This document shows positions 38,974-51,762 of a DNA stretch of 64,000 nt, one piece after another. This stretch comes from Felis catus. Lineage: Eukaryota. The position numbers and the translations under genes are program-made. The notes under the pieces were generated by a model. It ran no database searches. It was given only the letters and a program-made list of their open reading frames with translations, and was not told the DNA's origin. The stretch spans positions 52,391,815 through 52,455,814 of the forward strand of contig NC_058368.1 in NCBI RefSeq assembly GCF_018350175.1, given 5' to 3'. Each line of letters begins with the position of its first letter. The first letter of the stretch is position 1.

Positions 38974-40390
38974 GTCTCCACTTCTTTGACATAGCACCCC
39001 ACAGTGCTTGCAATTTTTTTAAGTTTATGAAATTAAAAAAAAAAATCTCTAATTGACATTAATTATGGTTCACTTTCATTTTGGAAACAAAACCATGCCA
39101 CATAAGTCTGTGAAAAAATTCACAAAATTACATAAATACCTTGAGTTCAGGCATCAGTGGGCTTGTGTGATAAGAATATAAAATCTCTAAGCTGAACCCA
39201 AGCACGGAAGCTTGTGAGCAGTTTCATGCCCTCCCCTGTCAAAAGGAATATCTGAGTGGTTATAGAGTTTGGTTGTTACTGGATTTGCCTTCATGAAGGG
39301 AGGCAGCAAGAAGGGAAGGCTGGGCAGTTGGATCAGGAAACAGACTACATCTTATCCACGGGACTTGCATGATGGACTTTACAGCAGGGAGAAAATGAAT
39401 GGTCTCAATATAGGAGGCTCTATAGTTCCTTTCACATCTGAGGCTGGAAAAGCTGCTGCCTCCACATTTTCTGCTCCTTTTCCTCAGCATAATGTGAGGT
39501 ACAAGGTCAGGGGACACACTTGCGGCCTCTAATGGCCAGATAATGGACCACAATAAAAGTTATGTGTCCCCAGCTGAAGGTGAAGACATATAATGGTTGA
39601 CAAGATCCATTATCTAACTATTAGAACCTAGAGCAAAAGGAGGCAATTATTAAATCCAAGAAAAAATCTTCTCACTTATTCAAGAAAAGAGATTTTTGCC
39701 TACGTGTTGTGAATTTTTCTACAAGTTCCGTGTTTACCTCCAAATAATAATACCAGCAGTGACCACAGCTAATGTTTATTGAGCACTTACAATATGCTAA
39801 TTGCCTCTGTAGAGATCTATAGAATCAGACTCCAGAATTTCAAACTCTTGCTTGAGGAAAGGAGTAACCCTTGCTGAAGTAACCCTTGCTCACTTGGAGG
39901 AAGTTAACCCTTCCATGTCTCAGTTTTCTGATATGTAAAATGATATTTTATTTATATTTTATACAGCACCTGTTTTGTACGATCACCAAGTATATTGAGT
40001 ATCTAATACATGCTATGTATTACTAGTGTTATTGCTGTAATACGGTCATTGTTGGCATGACTCTATAGTATTTTCATTATTTATTTATCTTATGAGCCCT
40101 ACTGGATAAATTAAGAAATATGAAGATAAAGTGAGATATTTATATCTGGAGATTTGTAAACATGTTAAAGGATTCATTGACCCCTTGAAAGAAACTGGAA
40201 AAGATTTTGTTTATGTGCATTTTGGCAGCTGGTTTTCAACACATACTCATCAGAACCCTTGAGCCTCAAAATTCTAAGGATCGCTGAGAGACAAAATTTC
40301 ACATTATCACTTCATCTATCAAGTGATGTAGAGTGATTACAAGGAAAACGTATTTTAAAATCGTCTCTCCTCTTGTGAATTATCATTTTT

Positions 40391-40606
40391 TTTAATTTTT
40401 TTTCAACATTTATTTATTTTTGGGACAGAGAGAGACAGAGCATGAATGGGAGAGGGGCAGAGAGAGAGGGAGACACAGAATCGGAAACAGGCTCCAGGCT
40501 CTGAGCCATCAGCCCAGAGCCTGACGCGGGGCTCAAACTCACGGACCGCGAGATCATGACCTGGCTGAAGTCAGACGCTCAACCGACTGCGCCACCCAGG
40601 CGCCCC
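40391..40606 (-). mobile_element. CanSINE (young felid type)
   Basis: TSD tgtgaattatcatttttt on both sides. Confidence 0.96.
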
Positions 40607-41174
40607 ATGTGAATTATCATTTTTAAAAGCTTATGGGGAACCAAATCATAAGATCAATAAAAGATACATATTTAGTCTGCTGAGTGCCAAAGTAGGCTCA
40701 CGAATGCCACAATACAACGGGCTAGTTTTCATCCCTTTCTTGAGACAAACCCCTTTTTCAAGATAACATTTGAAAGAGGCAAAACCAATTCAGTCACAAA
40801 GTTCCACAAAGGTGGGAAGCTATAGTTTTAGTGTTTTGGTAATTGTTCCTCAGCAATCCATAAATACATTTTAGCCATTTCATTTGGCCTTTTGGAATCC
40901 CTGGAATTCAAGCTGAGATTCCTATGAACATAAACGTATCATGATATGAACATCCCCGTTTTTCGTAACGCACTTGAAAAAGCATCTACTCCAACCCTCT
41001 TTTCTCCCTTTGGACAGAACTATTGTCTGTACAGGGTCAGTCCCTCTTCAACTAATGTGGGACAGTTGGAGCTGCTAAACTGTTTCAAGTAGATTTGTGG
41101 GCCCAGAGAAATTCTAAAATTATGGTCATTATAACTTAAAAAATAAACATCATTCATTTTTAAGGAGAAGAATT

Positions 41175-41430
41175 CTAACACAATGGTTAAGAGCACATAT
41201 TCTGTCTAAGATGAACCGTAAGGGTTTAAATCCCAAATCTGTCATCACCAGCTGTGGAATCCTGGACAACTTTAATCTACCTCTGTCCATTTCAGCTTTC
41301 TTATTTGTAAAATGGGGATATTTATGGTATTTACCTCATAGGATTGTTGTATGAGGACTGAATTTGTTATTATACACAGAAACACTGTAGCAATGCCTGG
41401 AATATAAGGGCTGTAAGAATTAGCTAGTAA
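41175..41430 (+). mobile_element. MIR (near full length)
   Basis: aatggttaagagcac...gggtttaaatccc...atttgtaaaatggggata...acctcataggattgttg. Confidence 0.85.
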
Positions 41431-42377
41431 TGTATCATTATTCTGGGGATTAAGAAGAAAATGTCTGAATGCTAATCCTATTTTTAACCTGCTAAATCAC
41501 CTTTCAATATACCCAAATAATGAACTCTCTGAGATCCATTTTTTTCTTTACCTGTATGAGGAGATAATCCCCAAGCTCATGATACTGTGTGAAATCAGGA
41601 GTGTCTCAGTGCCTTGTAAATGGTTGGGGCCTGGACATATATCAAGTGCATACATTGATTCCAATCTGTCTACAAAATGGCTTGTGTTTTTTGAAAGCAT
41701 TTTATGATTAAATGTAAGTAATTAGAGAAGCACAAGCCTTACTACAGAACCTAGGAGAATTTTTAAATCTTATATGTGCATGTGTTATATATGAAGAAAA
41801 TGTAGCAAACAGATTTTTCAAAGAGATTTTCTAGTTAATCCTAGTTAAGGCTCTCTTCAGCTTTAAGTGTTTTTAGGTTTTGTTTGTTTATTTGTTTTTG
41901 GCTTTTGAATGAACCAGAATTCTGGTTCAAGTAAAGAACTGACCCCATTACTGACTTCTTTGCATTTGGAGAAGCTGAGGGGAGATTATTGAATATTAAT
42001 GGATTTTTGTTGCACAGCATTTCTTTTTCAAAATCCTAGGCTCTTTTTGCTAGCTTTTAAACATTTTTGACCAAATTTTCACTGTTTTAATTTTGAAGCA
42101 ATGTAACAGATTATTCTCACATTGACTTAAGTACTCTTATATTTTATCCTTATTTGCCAGGAATTGAAGATTTACAGAATCAGTGTGTGTGAACATGTTC
42201 CTGCTTAGGCTTTTTCTATTTCTGTCATTTGTCATAATGAGCTGGAAATGTTTTCATAACCTCACTGAACAACCGTACTCTATTCAGGATCTCTGGAGCC
42301 CCTAAAAAGACACTGTGGTTGTTTATATTTTAACTGTTAGGAAAAGGAATCCAGAAGCTGCCATTTGCTATCATACT

Positions 42378-42802
42378 TTCACCAGTTATCTCTTGCTGCA
42401 TTACACACTTCCCTAACACGTAGCAACTATGCTATATTATCTCTCACTGTCCTGTAGGTTGACCAGGTGATTCTTCTGCTGGTGTCACCTCAGCTTATGC
42501 ATCTGGGTGCCACCAGTTAATGGGTAGCTGGGCCTGAGCTCCACTGGGATTGCTCAGTGGCTGGGCCTCTCTCCCCATGTGGCCATTTATTCCCTGACTC
42601 TCCACGCCGTGGTCCTGGACAGGACAAAATGCAGGCTGTGGAGGCCTTGGTTCCTGAATTCACACAATACCATTTCTACCTTATTCCACTGCTCAAAGTG
42701 TGTCACAGAGAAGGCCAGCCCAGATGTAAGGGTTCGGAAAAGAGATTCTACCTCTTTATGGGAGAAACTGCAAGGAATATAGGGCCATATTTAATCCACC
42801 AA
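42378..42802 (-). mobile_element. MLT1 (F/G/H-like) ERVL-MaLR solo LTR
   Basis: cagttatctcttgctgcatt start; aggccagcccagat...gattctacctctt.atgggaga and atttaatccacca end. Confidence 0.75.
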
Positions 42803-43269
42803 AATGTCTAAGTGTTATGTTTTAGGCAAATGTTTCTCTGTTAAACTGTGAACAGAAACTCGCGTCTATGAACTTTTGTCATTGGCACTGGAGAAAACCA
42901 GTAGCAAGAGCCGACGAAATTCCAAATCATAGACAATACCCCACTTACTCTTATGTGGAGTCATCCCATAAGAGTTGTTTAGTTACTTCACACAGCAGGT
43001 CTCCTAGCTGCTATACTACGCAAAGACTGTTGATCACAGGATTGCTGATTCTCATCCTGAATTCAGCTGTGCCTTTTGGGAAAATAAGCATGCCACATTT
43101 TCAGGAGTCTATAGAACATCAACATCATCAGCGATAAACAACATTAAGCATGCCCTGTGTGGAAAAATCATGCTATGTCTGAGAATTTTCAAATAATATA
43201 AGGTATGATTCCCAATTGCAAGCTTAAATTCTAGCTCAACGCAATAGTCATAACCTAGCAAGAAATAAC

Positions 43270-44100
43270 AATAAACTTTTTCAATTGTTCAACATACCTT
43301 TATTGAGTATCTCCTATATATGCAGATGCTATATTAAGCACTGTGAATGCAAAACCAGGTCCAGCTGGGACTGGGGCCACATGATTTGGAGTGTAGTAAG
43401 AGGAAGCAAAATGTAAAGAGATTTTAAAAATTATTACAAGCAAGTAAAACATTCATAAAAGTAAAGAAGAAGTTCATATTGTAAATGCTCCAACAGATGG
43501 TTAACAAGAAATACATGAGGTGTATGTATATCTTCCTGTGGATTGAGGATGAGGATCTCCTTCAAGGAAGAAATGAGGTTTGAGCTAAGTTTTAAGAAGT
43601 GCACAAATGGTCTTTAGGCTGATGAGTAAGGACCATGAGGTCCAGGAAGGTGAAATGGCATAACAAAAGAGATATGGAACATGGGAAACACTGGACCTTC
43701 AATTGTTCAGTGTTCCTGAAACCCAAACTCTGGATGAGATTGAGGAGGCGGACAAGGAATAAAGGGGGGAAAAAAGAAATGATAAGAAAGGAATAGAAAT
43801 GGCCAGGGACTCAGTCATGGAGGGTCTTAAAGTTTGGATTTTCTCCTATAGGTAATGCAACTGTATTGAAGAATTTTAATCCTGAACAGGATCCTTAAGA
43901 GGTCCTGTTAAGGATGATAGGATCAAACCAGCATTTTAAGGAGATCATTCTGTCCTCAATATGAAAGATGAACTGGCTACCACAAGACTGGGGATGGAGA
44001 GTTAGGTTACTGCCCCAATCTAAATAAGTTATAACAGGGAAGAGGCAGCAGCCAAAACCACTAGAGCGAAAGAGATGATCCATACTTTCAACAGACATGT
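43270..44100 (+). mobile_element. L2 fragment
   Basis: ttcaaca..cctttattgagtatctc...tttgagctaagttttaag...gcattttaaggagatcattctg. Confidence 0.65.
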
Positions 44101-45946
44101 ATTGGGGGTCTAGTAGCTGCTGGGGAGTATGCTAAGCGCTGGGAGTATTGTGGCATAAAACCCGCCTTAAAACTATACTAAAAGACCACTCAGAGACAGA
44201 TGTAAAAAATCTTCAAGAGATTCAAGTAAAAACACTTGAGTGAAGGAAACTGAAGATCCCAGAAATCACAAGAGGTATGAAAGGCAGTACCTTGACAAAT
44301 AGCTATTGGCAATTTAAACAGTAGGTAGGTACTAGTAAATCAAGAAATAAGTAAATTCTTTTAAGGTAAGTAATTAAAACAAAACATGAAGATCCAAAGG
44401 AAATTTTCAGAAGGATCAGCTTTAGTTATATTTTGTATTGTCATCAGTTTTCAAAGATGACACTACGAACAAGACTATAGATATGTGTGTACATGTGTGG
44501 CGTTAGGTTTGACAGAATATTCTACTGCTTTTCACCTAGTCTGTCCTTCATAAAGTCAACCATATCTTCCTATGTGTGGTTTAATTGAACTTGACCCTAA
44601 GATTTGATGATTCCAATTCCCTGTGGCTCAATAATTGGGCCCCATGTGTGATACGGGCAGGTTGCACAGGGCATCCCACAGCTGCTGCTTATGTGAATGG
44701 ATTAAATTAGAACTTCCAAGTGCACTGCCTGCTCCTGATTTGATCATGACCATAAAGATATGTTTTCAGCTAAATTTCTACCTATAAAGCCAACAATAGG
44801 AAAGCAATCAATAATGGTAGCTCTCTCCCTCTCTGTTTACATGTTCATATCATCAACTAAAAACTATTACACCCTGACGAGGGCCCATTATTATATTCTG
44901 GGTATCTATTTCACCTATTTTTAGCATAAATATCTAATTCCTGGCACAATGATAAACCCATTACATATGATTTATACTTAATGTTTGACATTAATCTTAC
45001 TCTTAGCTTTTCATTAGGTCAGTCAGGAAACCTTTATAGAGTTCAGATTCTGTGCTCAGCAGTATAGGACTTGGAAAAACAATTTTGAGGAGGACAAGAC
45101 ATCATCCCTCACTGTGAAAAGAAGAGCTAGAGATAAGTGAACAAATACTTGTCACATATCATCCATCCATTCATTCTTTCGTTGAGTACCTGTTCTGTTG
45201 TTGGCTGTTAGAATACAAAACTAAGTAATACCACTCTGCACTTTTACAGTCGGGTGCACCCCGGAGTGATTATGAACACCGTTCATAAGTTGGCTTATTT
45301 AAATTGTCAAGGAGTTCTGCAGGGTATGTGTTTTTGCCCCTATCACAGGAGGAACTACAGGCTTGAGAGACTCACAAAAGGCCACACAAATACTAGGACT
45401 GAGTGGGCATTAGGTATGTATAAGTTCAAACCCTGAGGGCTTTCCAATATTATGATAGTGGACCTTAGGATAATGTTAAGTTATAATAAAAGTACACTAC
45501 CACAAATAACTAAAACGTCATTCTCACTTAATGTTGCCCCTCCTTTCTTTACTGACTCTCACTCTTTATGGTTAACTTCTTGAAACTACAGCTCATATTG
45601 TCAAATCGTTTATCTCCCATTTACGTTCCAGCCATGCTAATGTTCAGATGTTTGAAGCGCCCCAGTACACACATAGGCACAAATATATTGGCCCTGGAGC
45701 AATAAAATTGTCATCTTTCTTCCTTAAAAAGTGATCTTATAGTTGTCATTGAAATACACTCTTTAGTTCTTATTTGACTTAACAGTAAAGCAGTGGTGCG
45801 GCATATTTAAAAAGTTGTGTGTTTCAGTATCACACTTCTCTGAGTTTAAATCCCAGCAGAGTTTAGGTTTATGGTGGTCTCTAAATTGCACCAGTCACTT
45901 GGTCTCCCTAGATCTTAGTTTATTCCTATATAGAAGACATGAATGA

Positions 45947-46140
45947 GGGGAACCTGAGTGGCTCAGTCGGCTAAGCATCTAACTCTTGGTTTTGGCTCAG
46001 GTCATGATCTCGCAGTTTGTGAGTTTGAGCCCTGCAACGGGCTCTGTGCTGCCTCTCTTCCCCTCTCTCTCTCTGCCCCTTCCACGTGCTCTCTTTCTCC
46101 CTCTCAAAATAAATAAACTTAAAAAAAATTTTAATAAAAA
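45947..46140 (+). mobile_element. CanSINE (older, internally shortened)
   Basis: ggggaacctgagtggctcagtcgg head, CT tract, aataaataaactt tail. Confidence 0.92.
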
Positions 46141-46171
46141 ATATATATTAAAAAAGCAATAAATTATATTT

Positions 46172-46705
46172 AAGAAAAAGGAAGTGGTTTCTTGAGATGG
46201 ACTCTACTCCTGCTGAAGATGCTGGGAAGATAGTTGAAGTGACAGCAAAGGATTTAGAATATTATTATCAACGTAGTTGATAAAGCAGTTCAGGATTTGA
46301 AAGGACTGACTCCAGAAGTTCTACTGTGGGTAAAATGCTATCAAACAGTGTCATGTGCTACAGAGAAATCATTTGTGAAAGAATCAATCAATGAAGCAAA
46401 CTTCATTGTTGTCTTATTTTAAGAAACTGCCACAGCCATGCTAACCTTCAGCAGCCACCACCCTGATTCGTCAACAGCCATCAACATGGAGACAAGACCC
46501 TCCTCCAATAAAGAGATTACAACTCCCTGAAAGCTCAGAAGATGGTTAGCATTTTTTAGCCATAAAGTATTCTTTGTATGTATGTATGTATGTAACCTCT
46601 ATACCCAATGTGGAGCTCAAACTCGTGACTCCAAGATCAAGAGTCCCGTGCTCTACTGACTGAGCCAACCAGGCACCCAGCAATAAAGTATTTTTTTTAA
46701 TATTA
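46172..46705 (+). mobile_element. Tigger1 internal fragment (3' end of the transposase region, no TIRs)
   Basis: aagtggtttcttgagatgg...aaggatttagaatatt...ttctactgtgggtaaaatgctatcaaacag...cagccatcaacat...ttagcattttttagc..caataaagta matches Tigger1 as I recall it. Confidence 0.9.
46573..46678 (-). mobile_element. Short tRNA-Lys-like CanSINE with a (TACA)n tail, inserted in Tigger1
   Basis: Reverse complement gggtgcctggttggctcagtcagtagagcac...ttgggtatagaggttac; TSD agccataaagtatt / agcaataaagtatt. Confidence 0.85.
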
Positions 46706-46869
46706 AAACAAACAAAAAAAAAGAAAACAGGAATGATAATATCTACCATTCACGAATGCTGTTAAGATAGTGATCTGTTTTTAATATGATGGCAAAATAT
46801 CTTACACTTTTCAAGTACTCAATAAATATAATTGTTATTATGTATCATTATCATTATCATTATTAAAAT

Positions 46870-47385
46870 CTCTACTACATTTGATAAAATTGACAACCCC
46901 CTCTTTAGATTCTTTCCCCCCTAGCATTTATCTGGGAGATTTCTTTCTCTACCTTTTTTCCCCTTTGTCGTTCCCCTTTTCCTATGACTCCTACGTTAAA
47001 TTCTGACATCCTCCACTGTTCTGTTCTGGGTCCACTTCTCTTCTTAGTCTAAATATTTGTAACAAGACATGTCCACCCTTCTTGAAGTTACACTATTCCT
47101 CCAATCTGTGAATCCCAGACTTTTCTTCTCAACCCAGGACTCATGTATCCACATATCTACGAGGCATCTCCAACACAATGTGCTGTGGGTAGCTCAAACT
47201 CAGCAGACCCAAAACTGAATTGGAAATAATTCCTCCCTTTCCTCCCCAAATTTATTTCTCTTCTGTATTCTTCATCATCAGTGAAAGGTCCCATCACCTA
47301 TCCAGCTACTGAGACCGAAAATCTGGGCATCATCCTAGATTCCAGTCCCTAGTCCAACCGATAATTAAGTACTATTCCTAACACC
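46870..47385 (-). mobile_element. L2 fragment
   Basis: ctgggtccacttctcttct...ggcatctcca...ctcaaactcagca...aatctgggcatcatcctagattcc. Confidence 0.7.
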
Positions 47386-47599
47386 TAACCTTTCAGGGGA
47401 GGCAGGTCCTGCTTCCAGAGAAACAACTCCTCCTACAATTCATCCTACTTCCTAATGTCTAATGCCGGTACCATGTCCATGGTACTCTTTTATTTGTGTG
47501 AAATATAGGTAATATGATACTATGACAAAGTGAAGAGTATACGGTACATACAGGCAGCACAGGAACATAAACCACATAAATTCCAACAGAATTAGTCAA

Positions 47600-48132
47600 T
47601 ATATTGCCCGGCTGCACCCCAAGAGTCCCAAATTCCTGCCTCCCACCCCATCCCTCTGGGCTCATGTCTTTCCTAATCCCTGAATTTTATAGATTTTACT
47701 CCTGGGATTCTATGTTCTATGACATAGTTGATTTTAAGAAAGAGATCATCCAGGTGGGCCTGACCTAATCACACGAGTCCTTAAAAAGCTCAGTTTTCTT
47801 GGGGCACCTGGGTGACTCAGTCGGTTGAGCGTCTGACTCTTGATTTTGGCTCAGGTCGTAATTTCATGGTTTGTGAGACCAAGCCCCACATAGGGCTCTG
47901 CACTGACGGTGCAGAACCTGTTTGGGATTCTGTCTCCCTCTCCCTCTGCTCCTCCCCTGCTCGCATGCTCTCTATCTCTCTCTAAATAAATAAGTAAATA
48001 AACTTTAAAAAAAAAAGGAGACTTTTCTCTGGCTGGCTTCAGAAGAGGAAGTCAGAGATTCAGAGCACAAGAAGGATTTCATGTGTTGTTGCTGGGTTGA
48101 AGATGGAGGGGGTAGTGTTAAGGAATGGGAAT
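47600..48132 (+). mobile_element. MLT1E-like LTR (5' part), interrupted by a CanSINE and cut off by an L1
   Basis: gagatcatccaggtgggcctgacctaatcac...agaggaagtcagagatt...ttgctgggttgaagatggagg; similar to 56984-57574. Confidence 0.8.
47801..48015 (+). mobile_element. CanSINE
   Basis: Canonical head, CT tract and A tail, inside the MLT1E. Confidence 0.93.
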
Positions 48133-48134
48133 GA

Positions 48135-48985
48135 AATTGGGAGATATTTAAAGTATACAATGTGATGATTTGATTTTCCTGTACATTGGGAAAGGATTCC
48201 CCTGTCAAGTTAACTGACATATTCAACACCTCACATATTTATCTTTTTTTCTTTCTTTCCTTATTATTTTTTTTATGTGTGTGTGAGAAGATTTAAGTTC
48301 TACTCTGAGCAAAGTTCAATTTTATAATACAGTGTTATCAACTATAGTCACCATGTTCTACATTGGATCCTCAGACCTTATTCATCTTATGATGAAATTC
48401 ATGAAAGTTTGTATGCTCCTTACTAAGGGGCTCCCTGTTCCATCCCTGCCACCCCCAGCTCCTGTCAACTACTTGTGTACTCTGTTTCTAGAAGTTCAAT
48501 TATTTTTTTTTAGATTCCATCTGTATAGGATACTATATGCACTATTTGTCCTTCTGTGTCTGTCTTATTTCACTTAGCCTTCCAGGTTCATCCATATCAT
48601 TGCAAATGACAAGATTTCCTTCTTTTTTTATAGCTGAATGATATTCCATTTGGGGTGTGTGTGTGTGTGTGTACATTTTCTTGATCCATTCATCTATCAA
48701 TGGACACTTAGTTTGTTTCCATACTTTAGCTATTGTGAATAATGCTGCAATGGACATGAGAGTATAATATGTCTTCAAGATAGTGATTTCATTTCTTTTG
48801 GAGAAATACTCAGAAGTGGGTTTGTTGGATCATAGGGTAGCCCTATTTTTTTATTTTTTGAGGAACCTCTATACTGTTTTCCAGAGTGGCTGCACCATTT
48901 TGCATTTCCACCAACAGTGCAGGAGGCTTCCTTTCTCCACATCCTCCCCAGCACTTGTCATCTCTTGTCTATTCTTTTGATATTT
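48135..48985 (-). mobile_element. L1 (L1MA8/9-like) 3'UTR and end of ORF2
   Basis: Minus-strand ORF 48542-48778 has SIAALFTIAKVWKQTKCPLIDEWIKKM, the L1 ORF2 C-terminal motif; 3'UTR motifs present. Confidence 0.92.
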
Positions 48986-49234
48986 AATTTAACTATTGCG
49001 TTCCAGCATGTTTTAATTCTTATACATTGGCTTTATTGTTGTTAACTTAGTAGGTTTAAAAAATCGACGTATATAAGACTCTCCACTCATTTACTTTTGT
49101 AATTTACATTTCTCTTCTCCCTACAAAACAATAGATCGGGTAACTACCTCTAGTTTTCTCTAGTCTTGTGTGCAGTAATACTCTTACCTGACGCATTTAG
49201 GACTGATGGTTGGTTTATGAATTAGAAAAGTTGG

Positions 49235-49457
49235 GGGGCACCTGGTTGGCTCAGACTGTTGGGCATCTGACTTCGGCTCAGGTCATGAGCTCACAGTTGT
49301 TGAGTTCAAACCCCTCCTCGGGCTCTGTGCTGATGGCTCAGAGCCTGGAACCTGCTTCAGATTCTGCATCTCCCTCTCTCCCTGCACCTCCCCGGCTTGC
49401 ACGCTGTCTCTCTCTGTCTCTCAAAAAGAAATAAAAATGTTAAATTTTTTTAAAAAA
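49235..49457 (+). mobile_element. CanSINE
   Basis: TSD agaaaagttgg on both sides. Confidence 0.94.
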
Positions 49458-49637
49458 AGAAAAGTTGGTTAAAGAAGAAAATCATAAAATCATGTATGAA
49501 GTACTACAGGTAGTTTAATTCATCCCGGCTATTAAGTATTGGAGGCAAGAAAGAAATCCAGCCATTTTGATTCCAGAATTTCTGCTACTTATTAGTTCAC
49601 AAATGCTCTTCCTTTTCAAAAAGACAATTTTTTTTTC

Positions 49638-49839
49638 AACGTTTATTTATTTTGGGGACAGAGAGAGATAGAGCATGAATGGGGGAGGGGCAGAGAGAGA
49701 GGGAGACACAGAATCCGAAACAGGCTCCAGGCTCCGAGCCATCAGCCCAGAGCCTGACGCGGGGCTCGAACTCCCGAACCGCGAGATCGTGACCTGGCTG
49801 AAGTCGGACGCTTAACCGACTGCGCCACCCAGGCGCCCC
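49638..49839 (-). mobile_element. CanSINE (young, CpG-intact)
   Basis: About 20-bp perfect TSD caaaaagacaatttttttttc. Confidence 0.97.
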
Positions 49840-51607
49840 AAAAAGACAATTTTTTTTTCCAAAAAAAATTTAAATCTGACTTGCAAGGACACATTGAACA
49901 CAATAAGATTATGTACGTTAGAAACAAATTTCTACTACCAATAAAAACAGGTCTTTGTAATACCTTTAAATATATTTGGGTATGAAATTTCTTGCTTAAT
50001 GACAATTCCCAAATCTGGCGGCCACAAAAGTATCTCCTTCACAATTGGAAAGCATAATGTTTAGCATTACACAAAAATGATTGAAATTCATTAGTGTTAC
50101 ATTTATACATAGGCCAAATTTACTATTCACTCTTATGCCAGCCGCTATAATGAAGGCAAAAAATTCTATTAATGTAAGTAGCTGCAAGAATGTGGTATAA
50201 ACCCAAATCAAAACTTTAGTGTGTCAATGTGCTTATTTCTCCCTCTATGGAGATTAGTGAGAGGAAGTTCTGCCTCTTATATGATCTACCTGACCCTTTA
50301 CCCAGTGACGCCTCTTCTTATAGATGGCACCTTATGGCTTCTTATAGATACCACCAGTCTGGGTGCTAAATCAATACGGAAATTAAACTGGCAATCCAGA
50401 ACACATTGATTTATGAGGTTGCATTTCTTCTTTACATTTCATAATATTTTAGAGTCATCATAAATTAAACATAAAATCAATTTAAATTAAAAGTTAAGGG
50501 GCAGTAGCCCTCAGGTAGATGTTCAATGGTTTATTAGTTTTATGAAATATATAAGAAATGCTAAACTTTATACTGGTGTTATTATTATTTAATACTTCTT
50601 ACACACTAACAAGGTACCATCAATTCCTGTTGAGTCAAGGCCCAATTACCCAGTTCTTGAATTATGTAGGCTGCCCAATTCTACAATTAAACCTTTGGTC
50701 ATTTATTTCATTCTAAATTTTGGCTCTTTGAGGGAAAAAAAAAATGTTGAAAGAAAAATCACATGATTGTATTTTGGAAGTTCTGTTAAACCTCAGAAAC
50801 AACTCCCGCATTGGGAAATTATTCATTTACAGTTTTTCACGCCTTAAATTCATATACTTGGGCAACACCAATGATAAGAGAATGTTTACAAGATAATGTA
50901 AGAAAGACTACGTGCACCATGTCTATAATTATTTTATTTGCATTGTATGTTCATTCGTTTATTCAATATATATTCAATGTATTTCTAGTCTGTGAATAAC
51001 ATTAAGAATAAAGAAAAGAGAAAGCAGACGTGCATGGGCCTGCCTTCATGAAGCCTGCGTTCTAGTCAGAGGAACAAACATTAAACAATGAATTACTTTA
51101 GATTAAACAGGAGTACTTCATAGTGTTCTTATAGATCTGGAAACTGAGGCACAAGGGATGTAAGCAACTTGTCCAAGTCCAACAGCCAGGATGTGATGAT
51201 GCCAGGACATTCGACCCAGGCGGTCTGGCATCAGGTGTGGGTGTTGAGCCCTTGGTTTTCTGCCTTTCTATTGGGATGCGTGTGGCAGGGCACATGTGGC
51301 ACACGGGAGAGGGAGGAAGATTTTCACGAGAGAATTACAATCGGAGTGAGATCTAAAGGCTGAGTGAGCATGAACTAGGCACTGATGGAGACAGAGGAGG
51401 GTGTGCTGACGCGGGTGGAAGGGCCAGACGGTGCAGAGGACTTGCAGTGAGAAGAGCCAGAGGCATTAGAGGAACCGGGAAATCCTGAGTGGCTGAAGTG
51501 CAGGTGGGCAGGGCCGTGGCTCAGTGTAGTTGGATGATAGCCCAGAAACCTCTCTCTGGTCTGGCTGTCTCTCATCCCATTATCTGTATATTTAGACTCG
51601 ATTTACA

Positions 51608-51762
51608 TCAGTGGATCTCAACCCTGGCTGCAATCGGAATCACCTGGGGAGCTCTTACAACACCTCATCCCAGACCAACTATATGAAAATCTCTGCAAGA
51701 GGACCCCGGGCCTCACTAGCTCCCAAAGCCCTCCTTGTACAGCCAAGGTTGAGAGCCTCTGT
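51608..51762. mobile_element. MER5A hAT-Charlie MITE
   Basis: cagtggatctcaaccctggctgca..gaatcacctggggagc ... cagccaaggttgagagcctctg with inverted termini. Confidence 0.85.

Larger units (their letters stand above)
45785..46840 (+). mobile_element. MIR split by the SINE/Tigger1 cassette (MIR halves about 45785-45946 and 46722-46840)
   Basis: cttagtttattcctatat|agaaaacaggaatgataatatctacc...gctgttaagat reconstitutes the MIR core once the insert is removed. Confidence 0.7.

Noticed and set aside
46573..46678. tRNA-Lys gene
   Set aside because: Diverged, has a TSD and a simple-repeat tail, and lacks a proper acceptor stem; it is a tRNA-derived SINE.
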